Shown here in pieces: positions 44,449-53,633 of a DNA stretch of 64,000 nucleotides. Numbering within the stretch: the stretch's first letter is position 1; each line of letters starts with the position of its first letter. Below the pieces are notes generated by a model that was not told where the DNA came from, did no database searches, and saw nothing but the letters and a program-made list of their open reading frames with translations. This DNA is from a virus (taxonomy: Duplodnaviria; Caudoviricetes). The translations under genes and the position numbers were made by a program. The DNA lies in IMG/VR virus record IMGVR_UViG_2862178590_000001, positions 1 to 64,000 of that record; one strand, given 5' to 3'.

Positions 44449-44604
44449 TCAGTTGTGCCCGTCGATGGTTTGCCGCAAGAGTGCCTCGGTCTTCGCCTGC
44501 TCGTCAGCCCTGCATTGCACGGTGAGGGCGCGTTCCCGCCGCCAGTTCCGGGCAATGGAGACGGCACCGTAGGCGACGGCCACGACCGCGAAAACGGCCC
44601 ACAT
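44449..44604 (-). CDS. Small TM protein
   Basis: MWAVFAVVAVAYGAVS. Confidence 0.5.
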   Translation of the reverse strand: MWAVFAVVAVAYGAVSIARNWRRERALTVQCRADEQAKTEALLRQTIDGHN

Positions 44605-44630
44605 CCGGGCGTTCACGATGCCTCTGCGGT

Positions 44631-45350
44631 TCAGCGCGTGCAGTGGCAGCCGGGTTTGACGTGGATCCAGCCCCACGACGCCTGGTAGCAGCTGTCGGAC
44701 ACGGCGGGCCGGTCCGCACGGCCGGGATAGCAGGAGGGCCGTGTGATCGAGTCGGCGGCGGACTCCAGGAGATTGGCCACTGGGTGCCCGGCCGGCATCG
44801 TGTCGACGGTCCGTCGGAGACTTTCTTTCAGGGCTTCAGCGACTGCCGCATAGTTGCGGAGGTCGGCGTCGTGGATGTCCCCGGTCACGTCCTCGGTCCA
44901 TCCCCAGGCTTCGGCGAGCAGGCGCACCGTGTCGCAGGGGTAGGGCAGCGGTTGATGGAAGGCGCAGCCCAGTTCGTTCGTCTCCTCGCCCTCCTTGGCG
45001 CAGGTCGTGCAGTCGTGACAGCCGTCGTCTGCATGGAGTTCGAGGAGCTTTCGGTCGGCGGCGATCCGGCGCAGTACGGCGTTGGGGTCGGCGTGCGTTG
45101 CGATCAGGCGCATGTTGGCCAGCGTCCGGCCGGACTTCCCGCGATACTCCTGGCCGCGCACGTAGGCGACGACCTCGCCGAACAGATCGCCATGCTCGCC
45201 GTCGTGCTCGGTGTACACCTCGTCGTCCCCCGGATCCGCGGCCTTCGGCGCCCACGGTCCGGGCGTCGCCGCTTCCGCGTCACGCTGTGCCGCGTCCATG
45301 GCGTCCCGCAGCCACGCCAGCATGCGATCCGTGGCCGTCACCGGTGCCAC
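44631..45350 (-). CDS. DUF6221-like protein with C-terminal extension
   Basis: TPGPW, AVLRRIAADRKLL, YPCDTVRLLAEAWG. Confidence 0.7.
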   Translation of the reverse strand: MAPVTATDRMLAWLRDAMDAAQRDAEAATPGPWAPKAADPGDDEVYTEHDGEHGDLFGEVVAYVRGQEYRGKSGRTLANMRLIATHADPNAVLRRIAADRKLLELHADDGCHDCTTCAKEGEETNELGCAFHQPLPYPCDTVRLLAEAWGWTEDVTGDIHDADLRNYAAVAEALKESLRRTVDTMPAGHPVANLLESAADSITRPSCYPGRADRPAVSDSCYQASWGWIHVKPGCHCTR

Positions 45351-45568
45351 CCCAGGTGCTGGAAGAGGAGGGCGAGGCGCCTACCCCGCCTGGCGACCCC
45401 GAAGCGGGTGAAGAGCAGGCAGTTCACGGATCGCTCCCACCGATTGCCCGGATTGCAGGCGGCGCAGTGGTAAATGCCGTCCCGGTCGCGACGCAGGCGC
45501 GGCGGGTGCGCCTTGTGGGCTTCGACCCCGTCCAGGTACGCCGCTTCCAGCAGTTCCCGTTCGCTCAC
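45338..45568 (-). CDS. Hypothetical protein
   Basis: GTG start SERELLEAAY; HCAAC. Confidence 0.5.
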   Translation of the reverse strand: MSERELLEAAYLDGVEAHKAHPPRLRRDRDGIYHCAACNPGNRWERSVNCLLFTRFGVARRGRRLALLFQHLGWHR

Positions 45569-45650
45569 TGCTCCTCCGCCGACTCGATCCGCATCCCGGC
45601 GGCACACAGGTCCGCAGGGAGCATGCTCCCGCCAGTATGCGTGCCCCGGT

Positions 45651-45779
45651 TCAGCGCTCGGCGGCGATCTCCTCGTCGTCCTCGGGGTCGTCTTCGTCGT
45701 CGTGGTCGTAGGCGGCGAGCCAGTAACACTCGTCAGCCTGCGCGGCCTCGGCGACCGTCTCCTCCCAGGGCGTGGTCTA
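45651..45779 (-). pseudogene. Acidic small gene lacking a start codon (ATGA overlap read as ATAGA)
   Basis: TTPWEETVAEAAQADECYW...EIAAER* follows GCATAGACC in frame. Confidence 0.45.
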
Positions 45780-46163
45780 TGCGACCTCCGAGAGTTCGAC
45801 GGCGACCAGGTGACGGGTCCCCTTGTAGGTGCGCAGCCCGACGTACAGCGCAGCATCGGCCGGGGAGTAGACGTACACGCGAATCCAGCAGCCGGTGGTG
45901 CGGTGCTGCACCCAGGCACGGGGCGCGTCCTGCCCGTCGTGCGCGGCCCGGTAGGCCTTGGCGACGTGGCGGCCGTACCAGCTCTTCTGTCCGTCGGAGA
46001 GGTCGCCGGCGCCGAGCCGGTCGAGCATGTCGCCGGTGCGAATGAGGCGGCCGTCGGCGAGTTGGGTGCCGATGTCGCCGTTGAGGGCGGCGTAGCCGAG
46101 GGCACGGGTGGTGCGGAGTGCGGCGGCGATGGTGCGGCAGATCGAGCGGAGCTTGCGGAACAT
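45777..46163 (-). CDS. Hypothetical phage protein
   Basis: SWYGRHVAKAYR...WIRVYVY. Confidence 0.7.
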   Translation of the reverse strand: MFRKLRSICRTIAAALRTTRALGYAALNGDIGTQLADGRLIRTGDMLDRLGAGDLSDGQKSWYGRHVAKAYRAAHDGQDAPRAWVQHRTTGCWIRVYVYSPADAALYVGLRTYKGTRHLVAVELSEVA

Positions 46164-46175
46164 CAGATCCCCCTG

Positions 46176-46259
46176 GTGTCTATTTTCTAGACACTACGGT
46201 CGCACCGCACCCTGCCCACTGTCTACCGTTTAGACAAAACTCGGCTATCGGATAGACAC
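46176..46259. promoter_or_regulatory. Three TGTCTA-N5-TAGACA operators between divergent genes
   Basis: 46176-46194, 46220-46236, degenerate 46243-46259. Confidence 0.65.
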
Positions 46260-46281
46260 CCCGCCGTGAGACTCTGAAGCC

Positions 46282-46500
46282 ATGACCGACTGGGAGAAGC
46301 AGCTCAACCGCCGCGCCACTACCATCGACAAGGCCGAGCTGGCGCGCGACAACGACATCGCCGCCGCACGCCTCGACGGCCACAGCTTCCGCGAGCTCGG
46401 CAAGTGGACTCGCATCAACCACGAAAGCGCCCGCAAAATCTGCCTCAGGATCAACGGGCACACCCAGACCCGGAAAGAACGCGAGGCGGGCTCCAAGTGA
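46282..46500 (+). CDS. Small HTH protein
   Basis: GHSFRELGKWTRINHESARKI. Confidence 0.7.
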   Translation: MTDWEKQLNRRATTIDKAELARDNDIAAARLDGHSFRELGKWTRINHESARKICLRINGHTQTRKEREAGSK

Positions 46501-46931
46501 CCGACGACCTGGTGCAGTTCATCCGCGACCGGCTCGACGAGCGCGTGGCACGGCTGCGTGCGCTACCCGCCGGTCCGTGGGAATGGCGCAGGTTCGATGA
46601 AGTCACGGAACCTGAGTGGCGGGATTGCCTGGTGGGGCAAGACGGCAGCCCGCTGCTGTCCTCGGAGGACGTCGAGGGCTACCAGTCATGGATCAGGCGT
46701 CACGAAGCCTTCGACGGCTACCTCCAGGACATCCAGCCAGAATGCGTCCTCGCCGACATCCAAGCCAAGCGGTCGATCGTCGCTGCCTACGAAGAGGCTG
46801 TGGCCTGGTACGACGCCCCCGAGAATCGGCACCACCTGGCAGGCGAAGTGACGGGCCTGTACAGCGCGGTGCGCCTCCTCGCCCTGCCGTTCGCCACCCA
46901 CCCGGACTACCGGGAGGAATGGCGGCCCTGA
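46497..46931 (+). CDS. DUF6221-like protein
   Basis: DDLVQFIRDRLDE...LLALPFATHPDYREEWRP. Confidence 0.8.
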   Translation: MTDDLVQFIRDRLDERVARLRALPAGPWEWRRFDEVTEPEWRDCLVGQDGSPLLSSEDVEGYQSWIRRHEAFDGYLQDIQPECVLADIQAKRSIVAAYEEAVAWYDAPENRHHLAGEVTGLYSAVRLLALPFATHPDYREEWRP

Positions 46932-47022
46932 GCCGTCCTCCGATCGGGCGGCCTGCCGCACTTCAGGCTCCGCCCGGCTGGTTCGGCTCTACGCTGAGCG
47001 CCCACTGCATTGAGGGGGCCCT

Positions 47023-47388
47023 GTGCGTCGTATCGTCCTGCCTGTCGCCGCGATCCTGCTGACCGCTGCCTGCTCCAGTAGCGGGGGCGACTCGACGCCG
47101 CCGTCCAAGCCTGCCGGTTCGCACGCCTTCGATGCGGCGGGCGACACGCAGTGCAGCATCACCTACCAGGATCGTGGCGATTCCATGTCGTGGACGGTGA
47201 CGACGACGGTCGCCGGGGAGCTGGTCACCCACGCGACCGGGGACCAGACGTACCGGCACGACGACCAGATCGGCGCCGGCCACCGGACGTACACGGCGCC
47301 CGTGCCGCTCTCCCAGGTCCACGACATTGGCGGCGTTCTCCACATCAGCGGCACACAGTACGGGTGCTCTATCGGCCCGCAGAAATAG
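47023..47388 (+). CDS. Lipoprotein
   Basis: Lipobox LTAA-C. Confidence 0.75.
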   Translation: MRRIVLPVAAILLTAACSSSGGDSTPPSKPAGSHAFDAAGDTQCSITYQDRGDSMSWTVTTTVAGELVTHATGDQTYRHDDQIGAGHRTYTAPVPLSQVHDIGGVLHISGTQYGCSIGPQK

Positions 47389-47461
47389 CGGCGGGCACGA
47401 CTGCGGCCCCGGCCGGTGAAGGCGCGGGGCCGCAAGGGCGGGCTGAACTCGGCTGTACTGG

Positions 47462-47641
47462 CTATGTGTTGCTCCAGCGGCCGATCGTCCAGGCGAGGCT
47501 CGATGAGGTGGCGATGGCCGCGATTCCCGCGACGGCCATGCGGGTTCCGCTCAACTCCGGCGGGCCGGTGAGGATCACGGCGGCGAACACCGCGAGGCCG
47601 ATCAGACTCGCCAGGCCGACAGTCCTGATGTACAGGGCCAT
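47462..47641 (-). CDS. Small two-TM protein
   Basis: Two hydrophobic helices. Confidence 0.55.
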   Translation of the reverse strand: MALYIRTVGLASLIGLAVFAAVILTGPPELSGTRMAVAGIAAIATSSSLAWTIGRWSNT

Positions 47642-47643
47642 GG

Positions 47644-47982
47644 TCAGTTCCCTTCCGGGCGGGCCAGGCGTCGGCACTTCTCGGCGTGTGCCTGGGCCCA
47701 GGTGTCGGCGTCGTGGTCGGCGGTCTGCCGGTCCTCGACTTCCCAGTCCGCGATGGTGCCGCGGCGCTTCCTCCAGTGCGAAAACTCCATGACCGCCGAG
47801 CAGCCGGCGCAGGCGGCCCTGGTCGAGTTGCGGGTTCCGACAATCCCGTCCGGGAACCGGTGCGTGTGCTCGACGACCGTGAGATCGACGGTGGTACGAC
47901 GGTCGACGGTGCCCGCGATGGTGACGTAGCGGGCGATGACGCCCTCAGGCCAGGCCGCAGTCGGCTGTTCGGTGACGGTCAT
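47644..47982 (-). CDS. Hypothetical protein
   Basis: CAGC, AQAHAEKCR. Confidence 0.65.
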   Translation of the reverse strand: MTVTEQPTAAWPEGVIARYVTIAGTVDRRTTVDLTVVEHTHRFPDGIVGTRNSTRAACAGCSAVMEFSHWRKRRGTIADWEVEDRQTADHDADTWAQAHAEKCRRLARPEGN

Positions 47983-47984
47983 GG

Positions 47985-48173
47985 CTACTCCCTGACGAGT
48001 GGGGGTTCGGTGATGATGCCGTTGGCGTCGGTGCTGAGTTCGAGGTCGTCGTCGAGGCAGACGAGCCGGTAGCCGCCCGCCTCCGCCCAGACCTTCATCG
48101 GCATGCCGCAGTGCTCAGGCGGGTTCGTGACGTCGACCCTGTCGTCGATCCACAGGTCATCGATGTCGGGCAT
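47985..48173 (-). CDS. Hypothetical protein
   Basis: HCGMPM...VC; RBS AAGGAG. Confidence 0.55.
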   Translation of the reverse strand: MPDIDDLWIDDRVDVTNPPEHCGMPMKVWAEAGGYRLVCLDDDLELSTDANGIITEPPLVRE

Positions 48174-48184
48174 TTTGATCTCCT

Positions 48185-48403
48185 TCAGTTCGGGTAGGCG
48201 GGGCCGTCGTATTCGACGGCGACGATGCGGGCGTTGGGGTGCTCGGCGGCGGTCCGGAGCACGTCGGTGACGATGCAGTCCAGGCTGTTCGTCGAGTTGA
48301 AGCTGATCAAGGCGCGCGTGCGGCGGTCGTACAGCCGGTAGTGGATCTCGGTGTACTTCCTGCCGCGATCGGGCAACGGCTCGCCGTTCCACACGTCGGT
48401 CAT
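48185..48403 (-). CDS. Hypothetical protein
   Basis: ATG overlaps the upstream stop. Confidence 0.6.
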   Translation of the reverse strand: MTDVWNGEPLPDRGRKYTEIHYRLYDRRTRALISFNSTNSLDCIVTDVLRTAAEHPNARIVAVEYDGPAYPN

Positions 48404-48636
48404 GGGATCCAGTTCTCCAGGTCGTCGGGGTAGGTGTCGGGGTGGTGGCGGGCCATGTCGGCGAGGCGTCGATACCGGGCGGCCACCTTCTGCAGGTGGG
48501 CGCGGCCGTCGTCGGTGGCTTTGTCTGCGGCTCGTTCAAACGCCGCGGCTTCCGTTTCGTGGGAGCGGATCACGTAGGCGCGCTTCCTGGCGGCCATCCG
48601 CACACGCACCGCCTCCCCGCTCCACTCATCGGTCAT
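48400..48636 (-). CDS. Hypothetical protein
   Basis: RBS GGAG; helical. Confidence 0.55.
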   Translation of the reverse strand: MTDEWSGEAVRVRMAARKRAYVIRSHETEAAAFERAADKATDDGRAHLQKVAARYRRLADMARHHPDTYPDDLENWIP

Positions 48637-48688
48637 GACGGTCTCCTCAGATGCTGGTGTTGGAGCGGCTGCGGTTGTCGGGGTCTGG

Positions 48689-48922
48689 TCAGCCGTGCCA
48701 GTCGACGCTGCCGGGCCCGTTGTCGCGCTCGTAGTCGGCCCAGAAACGGGCGCCACGTTCCTTGCTGGCTCGCTCAGCGTCCTGCCAGCTCTGCTTCATT
48801 GCGGCGTCCACGCGCTCTCGGGATTCGCGGTGCTTGCGGTCGGCCCGGGACTCCCGACGCTGCGGGTCGGCTCCGGGGGTATCGGACTTCGGGTACTTGG
48901 GCGTGAACAGGCCCATGGTCAT
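48689..48922 (-). CDS. Hypothetical protein
   Basis: RBS AAGGAG; MGLFT N-terminus. Confidence 0.6.
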   Translation of the reverse strand: MTMGLFTPKYPKSDTPGADPQRRESRADRKHRESRERVDAAMKQSWQDAERASKERGARFWADYERDNGPGSVDWHG

Positions 48923-48929
48923 TACTCCT

Positions 48930-49469
48930 TCACTGCTGGTTGTTGGTCTTGGCCCAGACGCCGATGGTCTTGCTCTGGCGCTGGTCCTGGTGGACGTGGG
49001 CGTCGCCGTTGAAGTGGTTGTGGACCTCGGCGGGAGCCGCCTCGCCGGCCTCCGTGGCGCCGCGGATCAGCCGGGCGATGGCGAGGATCGGCACGGCGAC
49101 CGCGGCGGGCGCTGCGCAAATCCAGGCGACCACCGTCGGGTTGGCCTGCCCGGAGGCGAGCAGTGTGCCGATCAAAATCAGGCCGGGCGGGACGGTCGCA
49201 ACTCCGCAGAACAGGGCGGTGCGGCCGATGTCCGTCGAGCGCTGCGACATGGGCGGAATCCCTGGTTGCGGCACCGGCAGGGCGGTGCCGATTTGGGGGC
49301 CGTCCGTCCACGACGGGACGGTCGGGTCAGCGGTGCGGTACGACGTCTGCAAGCCCTCGGCGAGAGCGGCCTCGACGGCTGCGGCGGTGAGGCGGGCGAG
49401 GTCACGGTCGGCGGGGGTGGGGTGCCGCTGCCCGGCTGTGGGGCGCGGCTCGGGCAGCGGCATGTTCAT
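48930..49469 (-). CDS. Spd-like two-TM membrane protein
   Basis: Pro-rich N-terminus, two TMs, VHNHFNG; downstream of traB. Confidence 0.6.
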   Translation of the reverse strand: MNMPLPEPRPTAGQRHPTPADRDLARLTAAAVEAALAEGLQTSYRTADPTVPSWTDGPQIGTALPVPQPGIPPMSQRSTDIGRTALFCGVATVPPGLILIGTLLASGQANPTVVAWICAAPAAVAVPILAIARLIRGATEAGEAAPAEVHNHFNGDAHVHQDQRQSKTIGVWAKTNNQQ

Positions 49470-50056
49470 CAGGGACCGACCTTGCTCGGCACTTTGGCCG
49501 TCGTGGGCGTGCTGGGGGTGGTGTTCTTCGGCGTGGTGTCGGCGACTTGGGCGTACCAGGCGCCGCCGACGGTCTTCCCGCTGTGTTTCTGGCGTTCGTG
49601 GGTACGCAGCGCGGCGGTTGCGGCTTTGGCATCGCGGTAGCGGGGCTTCTCCTTCTTCCCGCAGGGGCAGGCCCAGCCGACGAGGCCGGAGTGCTTGTCG
49701 GGCCCGAAGCGGGCGGCCATCGCGACGCGCATCCGTCCGGCCTTGGCCTTGGTCGGTTTGGCGGGGCAGGGCTTGGAGCCGGTGAACGAGCCGTCCTTGC
49801 CCTTGGTGAAGATCTGCCCGTTGCCCTTGCAGCGCGGGCATCCCTCGTGGGTCATGCGGAGGATTGCGGCGTCCTTGCGGGAGTTGACGGCCTGGAGGTG
49901 CTTTTCGCCGTGCTTGGCGACGAAGAACGCGAGCCAGGTAGCAGCCCGCCGTCCGAGCGGGCCGCCGCGGGGCCGGCGCGTGCTGCGGGCGCGGGACACC
50001 GGCTTGCGGCGGCGTGGTGCGGTCCGTTTACGGGGGGCCGGCTTCCTCGTGGCCAT
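49469..50056 (-). CDS. Basic Zn-finger protein
   Basis: CPRCKGNG, CPC...HERQKH; Arg-rich N-terminus. Confidence 0.65.
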   Translation of the reverse strand: MATRKPAPRKRTAPRRRKPVSRARSTRRPRGGPLGRRAATWLAFFVAKHGEKHLQAVNSRKDAAILRMTHEGCPRCKGNGQIFTKGKDGSFTGSKPCPAKPTKAKAGRMRVAMAARFGPDKHSGLVGWACPCGKKEKPRYRDAKAATAALRTHERQKHSGKTVGGAWYAQVADTTPKNTTPSTPTTAKVPSKVGP

Positions 50057-50100
50057 GATCGGCAACTCCCTTTCTAGAACTTCACATATATGGATCAATA

Positions 50101-50250
50101 GGGCGTCCAGAGGGCGTCCCGACCCCGTCCACGCCCCGTCCAGAGGGCGTCCCACCTGCGGACCTGGACAGCAACTGGACAGCCCCAGGGCGGGCCTGGG
50201 ACGGACCTGGGACGGGAGCAGGACGGGGGTCAGGACGGGGCAATCAGGAC
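50101..50250. repeat. Two opposed arrays of 8-bp repeats with 11-bp period (clt-like)
   Basis: GGGCGTCC/CCCCGTCC at 50101, 50112, 50123, 50134, 50145; GGAC cores at 50166, 50177, (GGGC 50188), 50199, 50210, 50221, 50233, 50247. Confidence 0.85.
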
Positions 50251-52287
50251 AGAGGCCGCCTGCTCGACGATCTCCCGATCCCAGCCGCGGACCCGCCGGT
50301 CCCCGGCGTAGTCCCGCCGCGAAACGGCGTTGGCCACGAGACTGTCGAGCAGGCCCTGCAACTCGCCGCCGTCGGCTGCAACACCGAACTCGACGATCAC
50401 TGCGGTCGGGAGCCAGTCGGCTCCCTTGTCATCGAAGAGCTTGAGCAGCTGATGGAGGGTGATCGCGTCTTCCTTCATCGTTTCCCGCGCGAACTCGGCG
50501 AGCTGCTCGGTGAGCGACCGTCGCTGGCTGCCCGCCGTCAGGCCCTCGCCGGCTTCGAGGAGCGTGTCGGCGTCCAGCCGGTTGGCGCCCGCCTTAATTC
50601 GGGCGGGTACCGCTTCGAGGATCTGGTCGCGGGTGAAACCGTTGAAGCGGTGCCGGATGGCCCGGTTGAAGCCGCCGCCCATGATGAACGACTGCCCGGC
50701 ATCATTGACGATCTCTCCGACGGCGGGTTCGAGCCGGTCCGGCCGCCAGCCGACGGCGCCCTTGCCGGGGCCGAACAGGAGGCGGATGTCCTCGAAGCGG
50801 CAGGCCATGCCAATGCGGAACGGCACGATGCCGGCGATGGCGTCGCCGAGGGCATCCTCAGTGGCTTCCTGCCCGGCAAAGATCAGGTAGATGCCGTACT
50901 GCCGTCCCGTGCGCAGGAGCTGGATGGCTCGCTCCTTGCCGCGCGGTGACAGCTGGAGGAACTCGTCAATGAAGATGTACAGGTGAGGGTGCTTGGCGCT
51001 GGCCTTCCACCGGTCACCCATCTTCAGACGGGCCATGACCTTGGACCGTGCGGTAACGAACTTCAGAGCCCGCTCCAGCGCCTCCTCGCAGGCCTTGGGG
51101 TCACGAGCCCGCAACTCCATGAGGTCGCCGAATTCGTCGAGGCCGCCCTTGAGGGGATCAAGGTCCCAGCACACGGCGTCGATGCAGGCGGTGAGGGCCT
51201 CAGCGACGGTACGCAGGGCGCCCAGAGTCTTGCCTGCACCCATGGCGCCGATGATGAGGGCGCAGAACCCGTCGAGGGTGAGCTCGAACGTCGAGCCGTC
51301 CATAGCCCGCCCCATGACGATGTTGTCGTGGACGGACAGCGAGTGGGGGGCATGGATGCTCGGGCGTGCCATGTCGGCGAACGGGTCAGATTGGACGAGC
51401 CGCATCGTGAGGTGGGCGGCGCGCTGGGGGTCGGTCTCGAACATGGTGCCGCCCTGCGGGATGTCGAAGAGGGCGTCGAGGTCATCGAGGACAGCGCTGA
51501 CCGCTGCGGGTTTGCTGGCGTTGAGGACGACGTCGAGTTCCCAGCCCCAGCCGCGGTATCCGAGAACCTGCACGCTGCGTGTGCCAATGCCCTTGTGGGC
51601 GAGCGCGCGGGAGACGCACTCTTCGACCTGGCCCGGCGACTGGCACATGGCGAGCGGGAACGGCTCGTCGGAGTCGGGGTTGTCGGGGTCGGCGATGATC
51701 TGCTCGGGCGCGATGCTGGGGCTGTTGAGCCGGTAGCGGCCGTACAGGGTGAGCAGCGTTCCGGCGACCAGGCCGGTGAACGCGGGGGTGACGGTCCACG
51801 ACCAGTCGAGGGCGGTCAGGCCGCCGAACTTGACGAGCGCCCACCAGCCGGCCAGATTCAGCGCGGCTGTGGCGCCGGCGGTCCAGCCGAGCGTCCACCA
51901 GCGCTTGCGGCGGACGATTTCGACCTTGTTCCAGTGCCCGGAGTTCGACATGCCGCCGAGGACTTCCTGGAGATCGTGGGCGCGGGCGTAGCGGTAGCCG
52001 AGGACGCAGGACGACTTCAGCCCGTGACCGAACCAGCCGGCCGCCATCCACGTGCCGCGGGCGGACAGGCCGAGCATCCGGCCCGTCACCGAGGCGACGA
52101 CCATGGCCGCCCCGCCAGCCTGATACAGGACCGGGCGACGGTACGGACGGACCTCGATCACACCCGGGGCAATGTCGTCCTCAGGCTCGTCGGCATCCGC
52201 GGGTGCGGCGTCTACAACCTCGCCGGGGATCACCTTCGTCAGGTCCCAGTCGGCGGGGAGCTGCGGGCGGGCTTCGGTCGTCATCAC
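50230..52287 (-). CDS. traB: TraB-like FtsK/SpoIIIE DNA translocase
   Basis: N-terminal TMs, Walker A GAMGAGKT, Walker B YIFIDEF, RQYGIYLIFAGQ, C-terminal wHTH-like domain. Confidence 0.85.
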   Translation of the reverse strand: MMTTEARPQLPADWDLTKVIPGEVVDAAPADADEPEDDIAPGVIEVRPYRRPVLYQAGGAAMVVASVTGRMLGLSARGTWMAAGWFGHGLKSSCVLGYRYARAHDLQEVLGGMSNSGHWNKVEIVRRKRWWTLGWTAGATAALNLAGWWALVKFGGLTALDWSWTVTPAFTGLVAGTLLTLYGRYRLNSPSIAPEQIIADPDNPDSDEPFPLAMCQSPGQVEECVSRALAHKGIGTRSVQVLGYRGWGWELDVVLNASKPAAVSAVLDDLDALFDIPQGGTMFETDPQRAAHLTMRLVQSDPFADMARPSIHAPHSLSVHDNIVMGRAMDGSTFELTLDGFCALIIGAMGAGKTLGALRTVAEALTACIDAVCWDLDPLKGGLDEFGDLMELRARDPKACEEALERALKFVTARSKVMARLKMGDRWKASAKHPHLYIFIDEFLQLSPRGKERAIQLLRTGRQYGIYLIFAGQEATEDALGDAIAGIVPFRIGMACRFEDIRLLFGPGKGAVGWRPDRLEPAVGEIVNDAGQSFIMGGGFNRAIRHRFNGFTRDQILEAVPARIKAGANRLDADTLLEAGEGLTAGSQRRSLTEQLAEFARETMKEDAITLHQLLKLFDDKGADWLPTAVIVEFGVAADGGELQGLLDSLVANAVSRRDYAGDRRVRGWDREIVEQAASVLIAPS

Positions 52288-53612
52288 TGGTCCTTCTGGC
52301 GGCTGTCGGCGGCTGCGTGGCGGGCGGTGATGGAGGCCTGCTTACGGGCGGCCTTCACGTACCTGGGGGTGTCGCCGCGGCTGCGTACACCGCGCACTTT
52401 CGGCCCCGTCCTGGGAGTGGGGGGCATTTGTGCAGCACGCTGCGTGTTCTTGACCTTGGCGGCGGTGTTCACGGTGGTGTTCTGGCGGGCCGCTTCGACC
52501 CGGGTTTCGGCGGCGTTGCGGGCCCGGATCACCTCGGCGGATTCGCCCGGGTCGGTGCCCTCGATGTCGCGGTGCGCGCGCCGCCAGACAGTCTCGGTGA
52601 CGGTCGTCTCCCCGACCGCCGCGGCGAGCTTCAGGGCGTGCTCCCACACCTTCGGGAACTGCCGGGCGCGGGATTCGGCCAGCTGCTCTATGGCTTCGGC
52701 TGCGGCCTTGTCGGCGGCTTCCTTCTCGGCCTGGCTCCGCGCCTCCTCGGCAGCCTTGCGGACGGCCTCGGCGCGCTCAGTCTTCCGCTGCTCCCGCCGC
52801 TGCTTGCGGGTCGGGATGCCGTCGCGCTTCCGGATCCGGCCGTGCTCGTGGAGATCCCATACGCCGGGTCCGGCGATCGACGCGAACGCGGTTCCGATCG
52901 CGGTGGCCGGGTCGAACGCGTTGAGGCCGTGCCACAGGTTGATGCCGGCCGCGATGAACGCGAACAGCCAGGCGATCAGCCGGTAGTGCCAGCACGCCCG
53001 GCGGGCGGCAGAAGCTGCAGCCGCACCCTTCTGGACGACCCAGGCGGCGCCTTCGAGCATGAGGGGGGCGGCCATCAGCCAGACGGCGTGCGGGTTGTAG
53101 AACGCGGCGATCTGCACGGGCAGGGCGACGATGGCGCACACGATGTAGAAGCCGCGGGCGTATCCGCGCCACTGCGACTCGGCCGCCTCGGACTCCATCG
53201 CGTCTTTGGCGTCGGCGGCCTCCTGTTCGGCGGCCTGCCGGGCTGCATCTTGGCGAGCCCGGTCGGCGTCCTCGCGGCGCCGGTTGTGGTCGGCGATCCG
53301 CGCGTCCGAGGCGGCTTCCTCCTCGCGGGCCTTGCGTTCGGCCCGGTCGTTGGCCAGCCGCAGCTTGCGGGCCTCCTCCTCCGCCCTGACGATCTCTGCC
53401 TGGGCGGCGGCTTCGGCGGCGATACGAATGGCTTCGGCGTCGGCCCACGCCTGGGCGCGGATCGCTTCGGCCTGGGCCTGTGCCACGACGTCCGGCAGGG
53501 GGGCCGTGTCGGGCTCGTCGGCAGGTTTCGGGTCGGTGGTGACGGCCCGCCAGTCCCCGAGTACGGGCATGGCCGGCCGCTGGTGGCCGTTCAGAGGCGG
53601 GCTGACAGTCAT
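52284..53612 (-). CDS. DUF2637 / Spd-like membrane and coiled-coil protein
   Basis: Long E/A/R coiled coil, 4 TMs (APLMLEG, AAGINLWHG, GPGVWD), basic tail; overlaps the traB start. Confidence 0.75.
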   Translation of the reverse strand: MTVSPPLNGHQRPAMPVLGDWRAVTTDPKPADEPDTAPLPDVVAQAQAEAIRAQAWADAEAIRIAAEAAAQAEIVRAEEEARKLRLANDRAERKAREEEAASDARIADHNRRREDADRARQDAARQAAEQEAADAKDAMESEAAESQWRGYARGFYIVCAIVALPVQIAAFYNPHAVWLMAAPLMLEGAAWVVQKGAAAASAARRACWHYRLIAWLFAFIAAGINLWHGLNAFDPATAIGTAFASIAGPGVWDLHEHGRIRKRDGIPTRKQRREQRKTERAEAVRKAAEEARSQAEKEAADKAAAEAIEQLAESRARQFPKVWEHALKLAAAVGETTVTETVWRRAHRDIEGTDPGESAEVIRARNAAETRVEAARQNTTVNTAAKVKNTQRAAQMPPTPRTGPKVRGVRSRGDTPRYVKAARKQASITARHAAADSRQKDQ

Positions 53613-53633
53613 GGCGCGCGGTGTCCTTCCGGT

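Noticed and set aside
50101-50250. CRISPR-like or simple tandem repeat
   Set aside because: Units are 8 bp with 3-bp spacers and there are no cas genes; phased protein-binding sites fit better.
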